In this document: piece by piece, positions 1-8,992 of the stretch
Position numbering within the stretch: the stretch's first letter is position 1
How the letters are laid out: each line of letters begins with the position of its first letter
Notes under the pieces: model-generated
The model's database searches: none
What the model was told of the DNA's origin: nothing
Seen by the model: the letters and a program-made list of their open reading frames with translations, nothing else
Translations under genes and position numbers: made by a program
Origin: Candidatus Algichlamydia australiensis
GTDB lineage: Bacteria; Chlamydiota; Chlamydiia; Chlamydiales; JAJFMI01
Length of the DNA stretch: 64,000 bases
Direction: 5' to 3'
Assembly: GCA_033977065.1 (NCBI GenBank)
Contig: JAXCHI010000004.1
Coordinates: forward strand, 224,001 to 288,000

Positions 1-75
1 GATCCGCGTAAAAAAGAACGCAAGAAGTATGGACAGCGCGGTGCCCGTGCACGTTTCCAATTCTCTAAGCGTTAA
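1..75 (+). CDS. rpsI: 30S ribosomal protein S9, 3' end (partial)
   Basis: Translates DPRKKERKKYGQRGARARFQFSKR*, the conserved S9 C-terminus. Confidence 0.95.
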   Translation, partial: DPRKKERKKYGQRGARARFQFSKR

Positions 76-91
76 TGTTCTATTACAATTC

Positions 92-127
92 AAAAAAAGA
101 CCTCCCCGATGGGAGGTCTTTTTTTTT
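92..127 (+). terminator. Rho-independent terminator after rpsI
   Basis: AAAAAAAGACCTCCC-CGAT-GGGAGGTC followed by a T run. Confidence 0.9.
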
Positions 128-141
128 GCCTAAGCTTAATC

Positions 142-264
142 GATATGGCCGCTTATGTCTATCCTATAAGCGGCCATATCTACTTTTGTAAATACGATAT
201 GGCCGCTTATGTATATCTTATAAGCGGCCATATCGTGTTGTTAAATATAGGTGTGGCCCCTTAT
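142..264. repeat. Tandem palindrome array, 54-bp period
   Basis: GATATGGCCGCTTAT-N9-ATAAGCGGCCATATC at 142-180 and 196-234; degenerate half-site GGTGTGGCCCCTTAT at 250-264. Confidence 0.9.
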
Positions 265-322
265 AATGACGCTATCTAATTGTAAAAAGCTATTCGAACG
301 CAAAATTTTATAGGTCTTGGGA

Positions 323-1780
323 ATGTCTAAAAAAATTATTGGTAGAGAAAGAGAGATAAAAAAACTGGATCAAATTTTATCTTCAAAAGAAGCTGAGTTT
401 CTTGCTGTTTATGGTCGGCGTCGAGTTGGAAAAACTTTTCTTATTCGAGAATATTTTTCGGAAGCTACAATTTTTGTCGAAGTAGTGGGGGTGAAAGACG
501 CTTCTATGCAAGTGCAGCTAGAAAATTTTTCTGATGCGCTTTCTCGTGTGCTTTTTGGAGAAGTGCCAGTTAAAATTCCTTCAGATTGGAAAGAAGCTTT
601 CTCTATGTTTACAAAGGCGTTAGAAAAGCAAGGTAATAAAAAGATTGTTCTTTTTCTTGATGAGCTGCCGTGGCTTGCGACAAAAAAATCAAACTGTGTG
701 CAGATGATCGATTATTTTTGGAATGCGTATTGGTCAAAATGCCCAAACTTAATTTTAATTGCTTGTGGTTCGGCAGCATCATGGATGTTAGATCATCTTA
801 TTCACGCTAAAGGAGGGCTTTATAATCGATTGACAAAGAGAATTTTGCTTGAGCCTTTTAGTTTGAGGGAAACAGAGGAGTTTCTGCTTAATCGCTCAGT
901 ACGCATGTCACGTAAACAAATTATAGAGCTTTATATGGCAGTTGGAGGGATCCCTTACTATCTAAAAGAAGTCAAAAAGGGTCAGTCAGCAACACAAGCA
1001 ATTGATGAACTTTGTTTTACTAAATCGGGGGTTTTGTATGAAGAGTTTACTAACTTGTTTCGGGCCCTTTTTGATCAAGTCGATGCAAACCTTAAGATAG
1101 TAAGCGAGATTGTGAAAGGAGGAAATCAACTTTCTAGGGAGAAACTGATAGAGGCTATGGGAGGATCGTCTGGTGGGAGGATTAACCAGAGATTGCACGA
1201 GCTTGAGGCTTCGGGTTTTATACGCTGTTTTATTCCCTATGGTAAAAAAAAGCGCGATCGTTACTTTCGGATTATCGATGAATATACACTTTTTTATTTA
1301 AAATGGATCAGACCTTTGGCGGTATCTGGTACTTTTGCTGGAAAGGGGGCTTATTGGCAAAAAATTGTAAAGACCCCCGCAAAACTAAGTTGGGCTGGTT
1401 ATGCTTTTGAAAGTATTTGTATTAAGCACATTGATCAAATCAGCTCTGCATTGGGATTCAGTAATATAGCAACAGTTGCTGGAACATGGCGTTATCTCCC
1501 TAGGAAAGGAGCGAAAGATGTGGGTACGCAAATCGATCTTCTCTTTGATCGTAGCGATGGTCTAATTACTCTTTGTGAAATAAAATTCTGGGATCAAGCT
1601 TTCACTATAGATAAGAAGTATGCAAAAAATCTTTTGATGAAAATGGAAATCTTTGAAAAACATTTTGGTACGAATAAGCAGATTGAAATGGCATTTATCT
1701 CAACAAACGGAATAAAGAAAAATATTTGGTCAGAAGATCTTATCCAGCACGATATAACTTTAGAAAGTCTTTTCTTATAA
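323..1780 (+). CDS. Archaeal-type AAA ATPase with wHTH and C-terminal PD-(D/E)XK (DUF234-like) domain
   Basis: Walker A GRRRVGKT, Walker B LFLDE, GGIPYYL motif, C-terminal QIDLLFDR...CEIK; ATG 323 preferred to TTG 317. Confidence 0.85.
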   Translation: MSKKIIGREREIKKLDQILSSKEAEFLAVYGRRRVGKTFLIREYFSEATIFVEVVGVKDASMQVQLENFSDALSRVLFGEVPVKIPSDWKEAFSMFTKALEKQGNKKIVLFLDELPWLATKKSNCVQMIDYFWNAYWSKCPNLILIACGSAASWMLDHLIHAKGGLYNRLTKRILLEPFSLRETEEFLLNRSVRMSRKQIIELYMAVGGIPYYLKEVKKGQSATQAIDELCFTKSGVLYEEFTNLFRALFDQVDANLKIVSEIVKGGNQLSREKLIEAMGGSSGGRINQRLHELEASGFIRCFIPYGKKKRDRYFRIIDEYTLFYLKWIRPLAVSGTFAGKGAYWQKIVKTPAKLSWAGYAFESICIKHIDQISSALGFSNIATVAGTWRYLPRKGAKDVGTQIDLLFDRSDGLITLCEIKFWDQAFTIDKKYAKNLLMKMEIFEKHFGTNKQIEMAFISTNGIKKNIWSEDLIQHDITLESLFL

Positions 1781-2486
1781 TTTTTGAAAAATGTTTTGCG
1801 AAGGTGTGAGAAAGAGGGGTGCAGTAACCAAGGGCAAGAGTTAAGATTGCGATGGAAGCAGAACCAACAAGAATGTCAGAGAGCCAGTGGGCCCCTACAA
1901 TAAGCCGCGGGGCGATGAAAAAGAGGGAGTAGAGTGTGGCAAAGAGGCCGGCACGCGCTCCCATAAGAGTGTGAATTACACCAACAAAGAGGCAGGCAGT
2001 GGTGCCGTGATCTGCTGGAAAGGAGCAGCGAGAGTAGTCTTTCACAAAAAACCAAGTTATTTTTTCAGAAAGACGCGTGCTTTCAGGAAAGTAGAGTGTG
2101 GGGGAGTTACGGGGAATATGCCATCTGTTTGCAAGAAGTGTTTTGTTAATGTAGGTAATGACAAGGGCAGCGAGTAGAACAGCAAAGAGAATTTGCGCGA
2201 TACGATAGGTTTTTTCTCCTTTTGGGGCGCGTTTGACATAAGTAATAAAGAAGCAGAGAAAGACAAGGTCGTGAATCCAGTCAAATTTTTTATAGTTGAC
2301 GATAGCCCAAAATTTTTGTGAAATAGGATTTGTTGCAATCCAGCTATTTAGAAATAAAAAAAGTTTTTGATCGATGATGTCCCAGAGAAAGCGTGTAGGC
2401 GGAAAGAGCATTGAGCTAAGAAGCAGCGCAACGAAAAGAAGAGCGAGTCCCATTCCTTTTAAATTCCAATTTATGCTTTGATCCAT
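1740..2486 (-). CDS. lpxT: PAP2-family lipid A phosphotransferase, LpxT (YeiU)-like
   Basis: RNSPT, KDYSRCSFPADHG and PRLIVGAHWLSD resemble LpxT motifs; hydrophobic. Confidence 0.7.
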   Translation of the reverse strand: MDQSINWNLKGMGLALLFVALLLSSMLFPPTRFLWDIIDQKLFLFLNSWIATNPISQKFWAIVNYKKFDWIHDLVFLCFFITYVKRAPKGEKTYRIAQILFAVLLAALVITYINKTLLANRWHIPRNSPTLYFPESTRLSEKITWFFVKDYSRCSFPADHGTTACLFVGVIHTLMGARAGLFATLYSLFFIAPRLIVGAHWLSDILVGSASIAILTLALGYCTPLSHTFAKHFSKIIRKDFLKLYRAG

Positions 2487-3487
2487 CGCAGTAAAAAATA
2501 GAGTTCAAGTGCAATAGGGAAAGGGAGCACTGCCAAGTAGGGGGGAAGTGTTCCACTTTCTCCAATAATCGCACCTGCGTTCATTATAGAGAAAAAGGCG
2601 AAAAACCCAAAGAGGCTAAGTGCGAAAGTTGTTAAATGGCGCTTGTCTCTTGCAAAGCTTGTAGCTGTAGGGACGATGGCTGTGACGATAATCAGCGAAA
2701 GAAGTGGTAGCATGAGCTTGAGCCAAATTTGTGTTTGGGCTTTCTCTTCATGCCGCATTTTCCACAGTTTTCGGATGGGAAGGTCCTCTTCGCTTTTCTG
2801 TTTTTGAATTTTCAATGTAGTAAGTGGAAGGGAAAAGGTAGTGAAGGATTCGATTTTTTCTAGCTGCCTCTTCTCGTTGCGGGCAAAGTGATCAACAAGG
2901 GTTCCCTCTTTGCTTAGCTTCATGGTTTTCGCATACCAAATATCATCTAAGTTTTTTACGTAGTAGAGATCATAAAAGGTTTTTGTTGTGGGGTCGTAGC
3001 GCTGATAGATAAGTTTGCTACCATCAACTAGGTCGCGCTCTTGAATTTTTTTTCGGCTCTTTTTGCCTGAGGTCAGGTGAGATTTTTGAAAGGATGTGAT
3101 CATCTTTTCAGCATTTGGTAGGAAAAATTCTGTTGAGATGTAGAGGAAAGAGGTGCAACAAAGTGCCGCTATCAGAAAAGGTAGGGCTATTTTTCTTTTG
3201 GAAACACCTGCGCTTTGTAGGGCTACAATTTCAAAGTGGCGGTTCATCGATATTAAAATTTTCATTGAAGCGATGAGGAGTGAGAGAGGGATCAAAATTG
3301 GCAGCTGTTTAATGAGCTGGCAGAGGTAGTAAAGGGAGATCTCTTGAAGAGGTATATGGCGATTTTTAAAAAACTCTTGGATGTGGGCAGAGTAATCGCT
3401 AATCACAAGAAAAATATAGAAAAGAAGAAGAAAGAAAAAGATGTGTTTGAAGATATCGAGTAAAAGGTGACGGTTGAGAGTTTTCAT
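2471..3487 (-). CDS. lptG: LptF/LptG family LPS export permease (LptG)
   Basis: TM segments; EIVALQSAGVS motif; paired with an LptF-like gene. Confidence 0.8.
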   Translation of the reverse strand: MKTLNRHLLLDIFKHIFFFLLLFYIFLVISDYSAHIQEFFKNRHIPLQEISLYYLCQLIKQLPILIPLSLLIASMKILISMNRHFEIVALQSAGVSKRKIALPFLIAALCCTSFLYISTEFFLPNAEKMITSFQKSHLTSGKKSRKKIQERDLVDGSKLIYQRYDPTTKTFYDLYYVKNLDDIWYAKTMKLSKEGTLVDHFARNEKRQLEKIESFTTFSLPLTTLKIQKQKSEEDLPIRKLWKMRHEEKAQTQIWLKLMLPLLSLIIVTAIVPTATSFARDKRHLTTFALSLFGFFAFFSIMNAGAIIGESGTLPPYLAVLPFPIALELYFLLRWIKA

Positions 3488-4578
3488 TCGCTCCCTCGCA
3501 TGATTTTTTGTAGATAGAGTAGGCTAAAGAGAAGAATAGCAAGTTGTGGCACGAAGTGGCAGAGAGAGGATTTCATACCGGAATATTGAAATGATTTAGC
3601 CGAGATAAAGCTAAAGAGGACAATGATTGCAAAAATTGTGGCGGTGATAATGCCACGCTTTTTCTTCTCTCGTCCAATTTCAATACCGAAGACAGCTCCA
3701 ATGGTTGTCATAGTAAAGGCTGAGAGGGAGAGTGAAAAACGGCGAGCTAGTTCTACTAGTGTGCGCTGTTTATCTTTTCTTTTTTCAGAGAGGTGTCCGT
3801 TGATTAACATCCATTTTAAAGGCAAGTGCTCCGCTTTTAGCCTCCATCCCTTTCCCTGTAGCTTTTCTGCTAAGCGCCGCGCTTTTGTTGTCTCTAAGGC
3901 GGCATTTTCAATCAGTAGATGATCTTCTCCTTCTTGGTTTGTTACATGTGTAATAACAGAGACATCTTTTGCTCTCAATAGACCGTGACGGATTTTTAAT
4001 TTTTTTGAGAGCACAAGTGTGATGCGATCGCTCTTTTTATCGTTCATGGCAAAGAGAAGGTTCTTTGCTGCCACACCTTTCTCTTCGCACTCCATTTCAA
4101 CAATTGCGTCTGTAAGTTTCATGCGTTTGTTTTTCTCTAGAAGAATCAAGGGGTTTGAGACGGTTGTTTTGTAAATGAGATCGTGAGTTAGAAAACGTGC
4201 ATGAGGGGTGAGCTCTGAGGCAATAAGAAAAACAAGAAGAGAAAGAGCGAGACCGCAAGAGAATAGAGGGGCTAGGATCTGTCCAAGGGAAATACCGAAG
4301 GAGCGCATGGCGGTAAGTTCGCAGCTGCGAGAAAGAGATTGTGTGAGAACAAGTGCAGAGAGGAGGCTTGAAATAGAGATGGCAAAGGGAAGGATGTAGG
4401 GAATTTGATAGAGGGTAAAAAGAGTAATGTCTTGAATATGAAAAGAGAGAGTGGCAAAGGTTGCGATCTCTTTTAGGCGAAGAAGAAGTAAGACGGCAAT
4501 GAAAGCAAGAACAGACAAAGTAATTACTTGAAAGTAGCGCTTAAGTAGGGTTTTCCACAGAAGGGGTAGCATTGACAA
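3484..4578 (-). CDS. lptF: LptF/LptG family LPS export permease (LptF)
   Basis: ELTAMRSFGISL motif; TM architecture. Confidence 0.8.
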   Translation of the reverse strand: MSMLPLLWKTLLKRYFQVITLSVLAFIAVLLLLRLKEIATFATLSFHIQDITLFTLYQIPYILPFAISISSLLSALVLTQSLSRSCELTAMRSFGISLGQILAPLFSCGLALSLLVFLIASELTPHARFLTHDLIYKTTVSNPLILLEKNKRMKLTDAIVEMECEEKGVAAKNLLFAMNDKKSDRITLVLSKKLKIRHGLLRAKDVSVITHVTNQEGEDHLLIENAALETTKARRLAEKLQGKGWRLKAEHLPLKWMLINGHLSEKRKDKQRTLVELARRFSLSLSAFTMTTIGAVFGIEIGREKKKRGIITATIFAIIVLFSFISAKSFQYSGMKSSLCHFVPQLAILLFSLLYLQKIMRGSE

Positions 4579-4608
4579 TCACAAGAGGGGTTTGAGACAA
4601 TACTATCT

Positions 4609-5373
4609 ATGAAAGAGAATCCCGTCATCCCCTTTTTACGAAAACAGTGGAACCAGAAGAGTCCTCTGCTTCTTGGTTTCTCTGGTGGCCCCGATTCTAT
4701 GGCACTACTTCATATGCTACTAAAAGTAAAAATCCCTCTTCATCTTGCCCATGTGGACCATGGAATGCGTGAAGAGGGAGAGAAAGAGGCGCAGCTGTTA
4801 GCTGGCTATGCAGATAAGTTGGGGTTGCCTTTCCATCTAAGGACACTGCGTGGAATTTCAGGTAGAAATTTGGAAGAGCGCTTTCGCGATGAACGAAGAA
4901 AATTTTTTATTGAGCTAACTGAAAAATTTTCTTTTCAAGCTCTCTTATTGGGACATCATGCGGATGATCAAGCAGAGGTGGTACTTAAAAGAATTTTAGA
5001 AGGGGCGCGTCTCTACAATTTGGGAGGAATGGCTCCTGTTTCTAAGCAAGAGAAGCTTACGATTTGGCGTCCTCTTTTAGGGATGCGCAAAGAGGTTTTA
5101 ATAAAATTTTTACATTACAAGGGTGTTCACGCATTTGAAGATCGCACTAATTCTAATTTGCACTATCTCCGCGCGCGGATGAGGGCGGAAATTTTTCCCT
5201 ACTTGGAAAAAAAATTTGGCAAGCAGGTACGCATGAGTCTTTGTCGATTAGCAGAAGAATCACGTGGGGAAAAGGAGCGTTTGCGTATGGCGTATGCTCT
5301 TGAACAAGAAGGGAAAAAGTCTAATAGTGAGCAGTTAAGACAGATCTTGAGAAGCGCGTGCACAAAAGAGTAA
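4609..5373 (+). CDS. tilS: tRNA(Ile)-lysidine synthetase (short form)
   Basis: SGGPDS PP-loop, HVDHG, GHHADDQAE; upstream of ftsH. Confidence 0.93.
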   Translation: MKENPVIPFLRKQWNQKSPLLLGFSGGPDSMALLHMLLKVKIPLHLAHVDHGMREEGEKEAQLLAGYADKLGLPFHLRTLRGISGRNLEERFRDERRKFFIELTEKFSFQALLLGHHADDQAEVVLKRILEGARLYNLGGMAPVSKQEKLTIWRPLLGMRKEVLIKFLHYKGVHAFEDRTNSNLHYLRARMRAEIFPYLEKKFGKQVRMSLCRLAEESRGEKERLRMAYALEQEGKKSNSEQLRQILRSACTKE

Positions 5374-5479
5374 AATTTGTTAGAATTGCTTGAGAGGTAG
5401 TTGACCCTTCTTTATTTTTTAGTTGTCTTTTAGAGTTAATTACAGGTAAATAAGAAATAGAAGTGAAATAATTATTTAT

Positions 5480-8227
5480 ATGGCGCGAAAAGATAATAAT
5501 CCTAATAAAGACGGTAAAAAAAGTTTTCCAGGCGGATGGCTCCTAATCGGGCTTGCTTCTGTTCTGGTTTTTCTCACAGTTCAGAATCTCTCTTCTGAAA
5601 AAAAGGCAGAAGTCTCTTACTCTCATCAGGCAGAGCATCTTGTGAACTTAGATCTTATTCACAAGAATGAGAGTCGCAAAATTTCTCTTGGTGGAAACCT
5701 TGTCACTTTTACTGGTCGTTTTAAGGATGGAGTTAGTGAGGTGGCTAACCAGCGCTATCGCTTTCTTGAGTTGCTTGAGAAAAATCACGAGTATCGCTCC
5801 GAATTGCAAGACTTAAATGTCTCACTTAACGAGTTAGAGATTGAGGTGAAACAGGCGGCTACAGCTTATCTGCAGCTGATGGGAGAAAAAGTCACCGCGT
5901 CCGGCTATCCCGTCATTGAGCAGAGTTACGATCGCCCTGAGCGCATCAGCTCAATTATTATCGATCGAAAAATAGCAAAGGCTCCAATCAATTTGCTAGA
6001 GTTAGAGAAGCTTGCTGCGAAAGCAAAAATGCAATCTTCAGAGGTTGATACTCTAGGTTCTCAATTAAAAGTTTTCGTGGAGAATTTACTTTCTCCAGCT
6101 GTTGGTGTAGGGAGTGAAGAGCTAAAAGAGGAGCTGAAGGGGCTTGATCAGCGAGTTAGTCAGATCAACCAAGACGCTTCTTTATCCGCTGCTGAAAAAC
6201 TCTCTAGCTATATGGTGTCTCTTAACAAAGTTGACAAGATTAAAAATGAGATTGAGAAAGAGGTTGACCACGCGCGTCTTCTTCCACTCCGTTCTGTCCG
6301 CAAGTATCTTGAAAACTTAGAGCAATTCCAATATGTCACAAACGAGCTTGATAAGAATACATTTCAACTGCAGAAAGCGCGCTCTCAGGTGGCAAAGGTT
6401 ATCTGGTTTTTTAATAACAAAGAACTCTCTACCAAGGCTTTAGAAAGAGAAAATGCAGAGGAGTACCACCACTGGTTCATGGCAGCTAGTCAAGAGTGGG
6501 CGAACTATCCGCAAAATCAATCCACTGTTTTCAAGGCTCCCGACCAACCTAGAAATGCTGTTGTAGAAAAAAACTTTAAGAGCGAAGAGCCTTCTCCTAA
6601 TTATATGAGTTACCTCTTTACTCTGATGCCAATTTTATTGATTCTCTTCCTTCTCTACTATGTCTTTGCGCGTCAAATGAAGGGCATGGGAGGTAGTGGA
6701 GCGATGAACTTTGGGAAATCGCCTGCTAAGATGCTTCACCAAGATATGCTTAAGGTTACATTCAAAGATGTTGCAGGTGTTGAAGAAGCAAAAGAGGAGC
6801 TAGAGGAGATTGTTGACTTTTTGAAAGATCCTACCAAATTTACTTCTCTTGGTGCTCGTATTCCAAAAGGAGTTCTTTGCGTTGGTCCTCCAGGGACAGG
6901 AAAGACTTTAATTGCTCGTGCGGTTGCAGGGGAAGCGGATCGTCCCTTCTTCTCTATTTCAGGTTCTGATTTTGTCGAGATGTTTGTTGGAGTTGGTGCT
7001 TCAAGAATTCGTGATCTCTTTGCGCAAGCAAAGAAGAATGCCCCTTGTATTGTCTTTATTGATGAGATCGACGCTGTTGGGCGCCATCGCGGTGGTGGTG
7101 TAGGCGGAGGTCATGATGAGCGTGAGCAGACCCTTAACCAGCTTCTTGTAGAGATGGATGGATTTGATACCAATGAGGGTGTCATCTTAGTTGCTGCAAC
7201 AAACCGTCCAGATGTTTTGGACAAAGCTCTACTTCGTCCAGGTCGATTTGATCGCCGTGTTGTACTTGACCTTCCCGATTTGAAAGGACGATTTGAAATT
7301 TTAAAAGTGCATGCTCGCAAAATTAAGTTAGATGAAAATGTTGAGCTGATGGAAATTGCGCGAGGCACAGCAGGTGCGTCGGGTGCAGACCTCATGAATA
7401 TTTTAAATGAGGCAGCTCTAATGGCTGCTCGTAATGGCCGAAGCGCTGTTACTCATGCAGAAGCCAAAGATGCGATGGATAAGGTCCGCTACGGGAAAGA
7501 GCGTCGCTCACTTGAGCGTGATGAACAAGAGAAGCTTACAACTGCTTATCATGAGTCGGGTCACGCTGTTGTAGGACTTGTTGTTGAGCATGGGGATCCT
7601 GTTGATAAAGTAACGATCATTCCTCGTGGATTTTCTCTTGGTGCTACGCACTTCTTACCGAAGAAAAATCGCGTAAGCTACTGGAAAAAAGAACTTCTTG
7701 ACCAACTCGCAACTTTGATGGGAGGGCGCATTGCTGAAGAGATCTTTGTTGGAGATATTTCAAGCGGGGCGCAGATGGATATTGAGCAGGCAACAAAACT
7801 TGCTAGATCCATGGTTTGCCAATGGGGAATGACAGAGCATCTCGGTGCTGTAGCTTATGATGATCAGTCCGAGTCGGGGCGTTTTTTAACACCTGATGGC
7901 TCTATTTCCAAGAAAAACTACTCTGAAGAGACAGCTAAGGCGATTGATGAAGAGGTACGCAAACTTGTTGATGAGGGATACACGCGTGCAAAAAACATCA
8001 TTTTAGAAAAGAGGGAAGAGTTGGAACTCATGACACAGATGTTAATGGAGTTTGAGAGCTTGGACAAAGATGATGTGATTGAGATCATTGAAGGGAAGTG
8101 GGATGTTGAAGCAAAACGTGCTAAAATGAAAGAGCTAGAGCAAAAGGCGCAGCGTAAAACTCCACCACCACCTCCAGAAGAGATTCGCCCGATCGATACA
8201 ATTGATCCTTCTCCCCAGGGAGCGTAA
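5480..8227 (+). CDS. ftsH: ATP-dependent zinc metalloprotease FtsH with chlamydial-type long N-terminal region
   Basis: [19 protein letters not shown]. Confidence 0.97.
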   Translation: MARKDNNPNKDGKKSFPGGWLLIGLASVLVFLTVQNLSSEKKAEVSYSHQAEHLVNLDLIHKNESRKISLGGNLVTFTGRFKDGVSEVANQRYRFLELLEKNHEYRSELQDLNVSLNELEIEVKQAATAYLQLMGEKVTASGYPVIEQSYDRPERISSIIIDRKIAKAPINLLELEKLAAKAKMQSSEVDTLGSQLKVFVENLLSPAVGVGSEELKEELKGLDQRVSQINQDASLSAAEKLSSYMVSLNKVDKIKNEIEKEVDHARLLPLRSVRKYLENLEQFQYVTNELDKNTFQLQKARSQVAKVIWFFNNKELSTKALERENAEEYHHWFMAASQEWANYPQNQSTVFKAPDQPRNAVVEKNFKSEEPSPNYMSYLFTLMPILLILFLLYYVFARQMKGMGGSGAMNFGKSPAKMLHQDMLKVTFKDVAGVEEAKEELEEIVDFLKDPTKFTSLGARIPKGVLCVGPPGTGKTLIARAVAGEADRPFFSISGSDFVEMFVGVGASRIRDLFAQAKKNAPCIVFIDEIDAVGRHRGGGVGGGHDEREQTLNQLLVEMDGFDTNEGVILVAATNRPDVLDKALLRPGRFDRRVVLDLPDLKGRFEILKVHARKIKLDENVELMEIARGTAGASGADLMNILNEAALMAARNGRSAVTHAEAKDAMDKVRYGKERRSLERDEQEKLTTAYHESGHAVVGLVVEHGDPVDKVTIIPRGFSLGATHFLPKKNRVSYWKKELLDQLATLMGGRIAEEIFVGDISSGAQMDIEQATKLARSMVCQWGMTEHLGAVAYDDQSESGRFLTPDGSISKKNYSEETAKAIDEEVRKLVDEGYTRAKNIILEKREELELMTQMLMEFESLDKDDVIEIIEGKWDVEAKRAKMKELEQKAQRKTPPPPPEEIRPIDTIDPSPQGA

Positions 8228-8290
8228 ATTTATCCTCTGAATATACACAAAAAAAATTTGATGTATACTGTGAGATTCAGGGGAGGATAA

Positions 8291-8797
8291 ATGAAAGTTA
8301 AGGAAGTACTGAAGGGCCCAATTTTTTCGAACTCGCTAATTCTTATGGATTTAGTTCCGTTCTTCAAAGCCAGTTTTGCCTCAATTTTCAAAATCTTATC
8401 AAAAGGAGCTGCTATTCAGCATCTTCTTAAGAGCAGAAGCTTGGTTTTGTTCGGCTCTTTTTTTCTCTTTCTTGCAACGTTAAACGGCACCGAAACGAGT
8501 CAATATCGGGAAATGAGCATTGAAGAGTTAAGAGATGAGTGTGAAAGACTTGAAAGCAAACGCGATACTCTTGTCTCTGCCTACAAAGAGATCTGGAAAA
8601 AACATGTGGAAATTCAATCTGAATTAGCAAGCAGAGAGACAGAGCACACTTCTCTACAGAGTGATTATGATGGGCTGAAAAGACGGCACAAAAGATTGCA
8701 GCTGCGGCTTGAGAACATGCAAAAAAGTCACAAAGAAAGAGAGAACCGACTTAAAAAAGAGATCGACTCTCTTAGAAAGCGATTAAAGAGACACTGA
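8291..8797 (+). CDS. Hypothetical protein, one TM segment plus coiled coil
   Basis: GGAGG RBS; hydrophobic stretch LVLFGSFFLFLA; heptad-rich C-terminus. Confidence 0.6.
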   Translation: MKVKEVLKGPIFSNSLILMDLVPFFKASFASIFKILSKGAAIQHLLKSRSLVLFGSFFLFLATLNGTETSQYREMSIEELRDECERLESKRDTLVSAYKEIWKKHVEIQSELASRETEHTSLQSDYDGLKRRHKRLQLRLENMQKSHKERENRLKKEIDSLRKRLKRH

Positions 8798-8834
8798 AGA
8801 ATTCAGATCTTCTATTGGTACAACAGTTATTTAG

Positions 8835-8984
8835 CATCAATCCTGAACAACCCGTGCACTGCTATCTCGGCCGAAAAAAGAGTTTTTCAACCTCCAGTAA
8901 CTGTATGCAGTTATTGGAGGCTGCCAAAAGTTTTTTTAGAATTTTCGGTTCGACCGTCTAGCACAGCATTTATCTTGTGCTTCC
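8835..8984 (-). mobile_element. Palindromic MITE family A, degenerate copy
   Basis: Reverse-complement similarity to 15517-15677; central hairpin CCTCCAGTAACTG-TATG-CAGTTATTGGAGG. Confidence 0.8.
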
Positions 8985-8992
8985 AAGATGGT

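Noticed and set aside
142..264. Possible mini-CRISPR array
   Set aside because: Only two full units; the 15-bp linkers are too short and resemble each other; no cas genes in the window
5480..6600. Very long FtsH N-terminal region as a novel fusion
   Set aside because: An extended periplasmic region is typical of chlamydial FtsH
8783..8802. TTAA-AGAGACACTGAAGAA as another family A end supplying the stop of ORF 8291
   Set aside because: Only a short partial TIR match with no recognisable interior; could be chance
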